The translations under genes were made by a program, and so were the position numbers. A stretch of 48,022 nucleotides of DNA from Patescibacteria group bacterium (GTDB lineage Bacteria > Patescibacteriota > Microgenomatia > UBA12405). Positions 47,170 through 48,022 of the stretch are shown here, in pieces. The stretch is taken from the NCBI GenBank assembly GCA_050943115.1, contig JBMNON010000001.1, positions 1 to 48,022 of the forward strand, read 5' to 3'. A model generated the notes under the pieces. It worked only from the letters and a program-made list of their open reading frames with translations, was not told the origin of the DNA and made no database searches. The number at the start of each line of letters is the position of its first letter. Positions within the stretch are counted from its first letter, which is position 1.

Positions 47170-48022
47170 GGTAAAACTCTGGCAGCTTCCTGCCAAAACC
47201 CCCTTACTATCAACGATATTGCTTCCTTTTCCCTTATCCCCCGGCTCATCAAATATTCCACCGCCTCTTTTGATACTTTGCCCACTGCCGCTTCGTGGGT
47301 CATTTCTAAATCCGGCAAATTTGCTTCAATTTCCGGAATTGCTTTAATTTTACCCCCATCCGAGAGTATTAGTCCGCCGCAATCCAAATGTGTTTTTACT
47401 CCTTTAGCGTTTCCCACCATTAATCCTCGATTGATTACCACTCCCCCGCTTGACACTATCCGGCTTACCACCTCAGCCTTCGCTCCGCTGCCGTCTGCAA
47501 TTACGCTGCTGCCAATATCAATAAAACTCCCGGGGTGAGCCAGGACATAAGAATTAAAATATGCCCGACTATTCCGACCTTTTAATCTACAAATCGGATT
47601 GCTTTGGAAATATTTTACCGGTTTTAAACAAACATAGTTGGATTCAAATACCCCCCCTCCCGATACTTCAACTGCCGTTCTCGGCCATACCTTTACCTCC
47701 TTGCCCCAATGGTGGATCATGTTAAAACTAACCCTGGCTCCTTTACCGACAAATATTTCCGTTATACCCAAATGTTCCGCCCTCGCGATTTTATCACCCA
47801 CCAAACATCCTGTTACGATTGTCACATCGCTGCCTTCCTCTGCCACAATTATGTTATGCACCCTCTGGCTCAAACCAGGCTTGCTTATATAAAGACATGT
47901 TTGCACCAAATTTTGTGCCTTAATCCCCTTTTTTATCCTAACAAAATATCCCTGATGCAAACCCTTTTCCACCCTCTTTGTAAATTCATCCTTATCTTTT
48001 TCAATCAATTTCCACCAATAAT
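47130..48022 (-). CDS. SufB/SufD family Fe-S scaffold protein (5' end outside window)
   Basis: QRVHNIIVAEEGS, HLDCGGL, AIPE, THEAAVGKV, EYLMSRG; frame open to the window edge. Confidence 0.9.
   Translation of the reverse strand, partial: YWWKLIEKDKDEFTKRVEKGLHQGYFVRIKKGIKAQNLVQTCLYISKPGLSQRVHNIIVAEEGSDVTIVTGCLVGDKIARAEHLGITEIFVGKGARVSFNMIHHWGKEVKVWPRTAVEVSGGGVFESNYVCLKPVKYFQSNPICRLKGRNSRAYFNSYVLAHPGSFIDIGSSVIADGSGAKAEVVSRIVSSGGVVINRGLMVGNAKGVKTHLDCGGLILSDGGKIKAIPEIEANLPDLEMTHEAAVGKVSKEAVEYLMSRGIREKEAISLIVRGFWQEAARVLPQAVALEVERFTF

Noticed and set aside
1-48022. Alternative genetic code (TGA=Gly, as in Gracilibacteria/Absconditabacteria)
   Set aside because: Conserved genes are full length in code 11 with no in-frame TGA, and TGA terminates genes such as ybeY, 13515-14276 and sufBD.

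Overview
A gene-dense, AT-rich bacterial chromosome segment using the standard genetic code (TGA is a stop). Gene content and reduction suggest a Patescibacteria/CPR, Microgenomates-like genome (inference). It is mostly housekeeping: yebC, rluD, lspA, lgt, dnaB, hisS, rpmE-prfA, htrA/ctpA, rpsF-ssb-rpsR, cysS, dnaX-ybaB-recR, rpsU-yqeY-ybeY, rpsB-tsf-frr-rseP, topA, a frameshifted dprA, mreB-pbp2, def/fmt, rpmB, glycosyltransferases, a partial sufBD, and three tRNAs (Leu-CAA, His-GTG, Thr-TGT). It also has a five-gene cohesin/dockerin surface-protein cluster and a VirD4/TraG-like ATPase. The standout is the 'intergenic' stretch 29080-30201, which holds two tandem ~460-nt minus-strand cassettes of different sequence but identical architecture. 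Each has a boxB-like hairpin, a boxA-like motif, a 13-14 bp stem closing the 5' and 3' ends, a long 5' hairpin, a strong Shine-Dalgarno (SD), a uORF, a second SD, a small CxxCxY...CxGP protein, an 11-bp GC hairpin and a U-rich tract. The layout resembles an rRNA operon with small mRNAs in place of 16S/23S. It contrasts with most chromosomal genes here, which appear leaderless.
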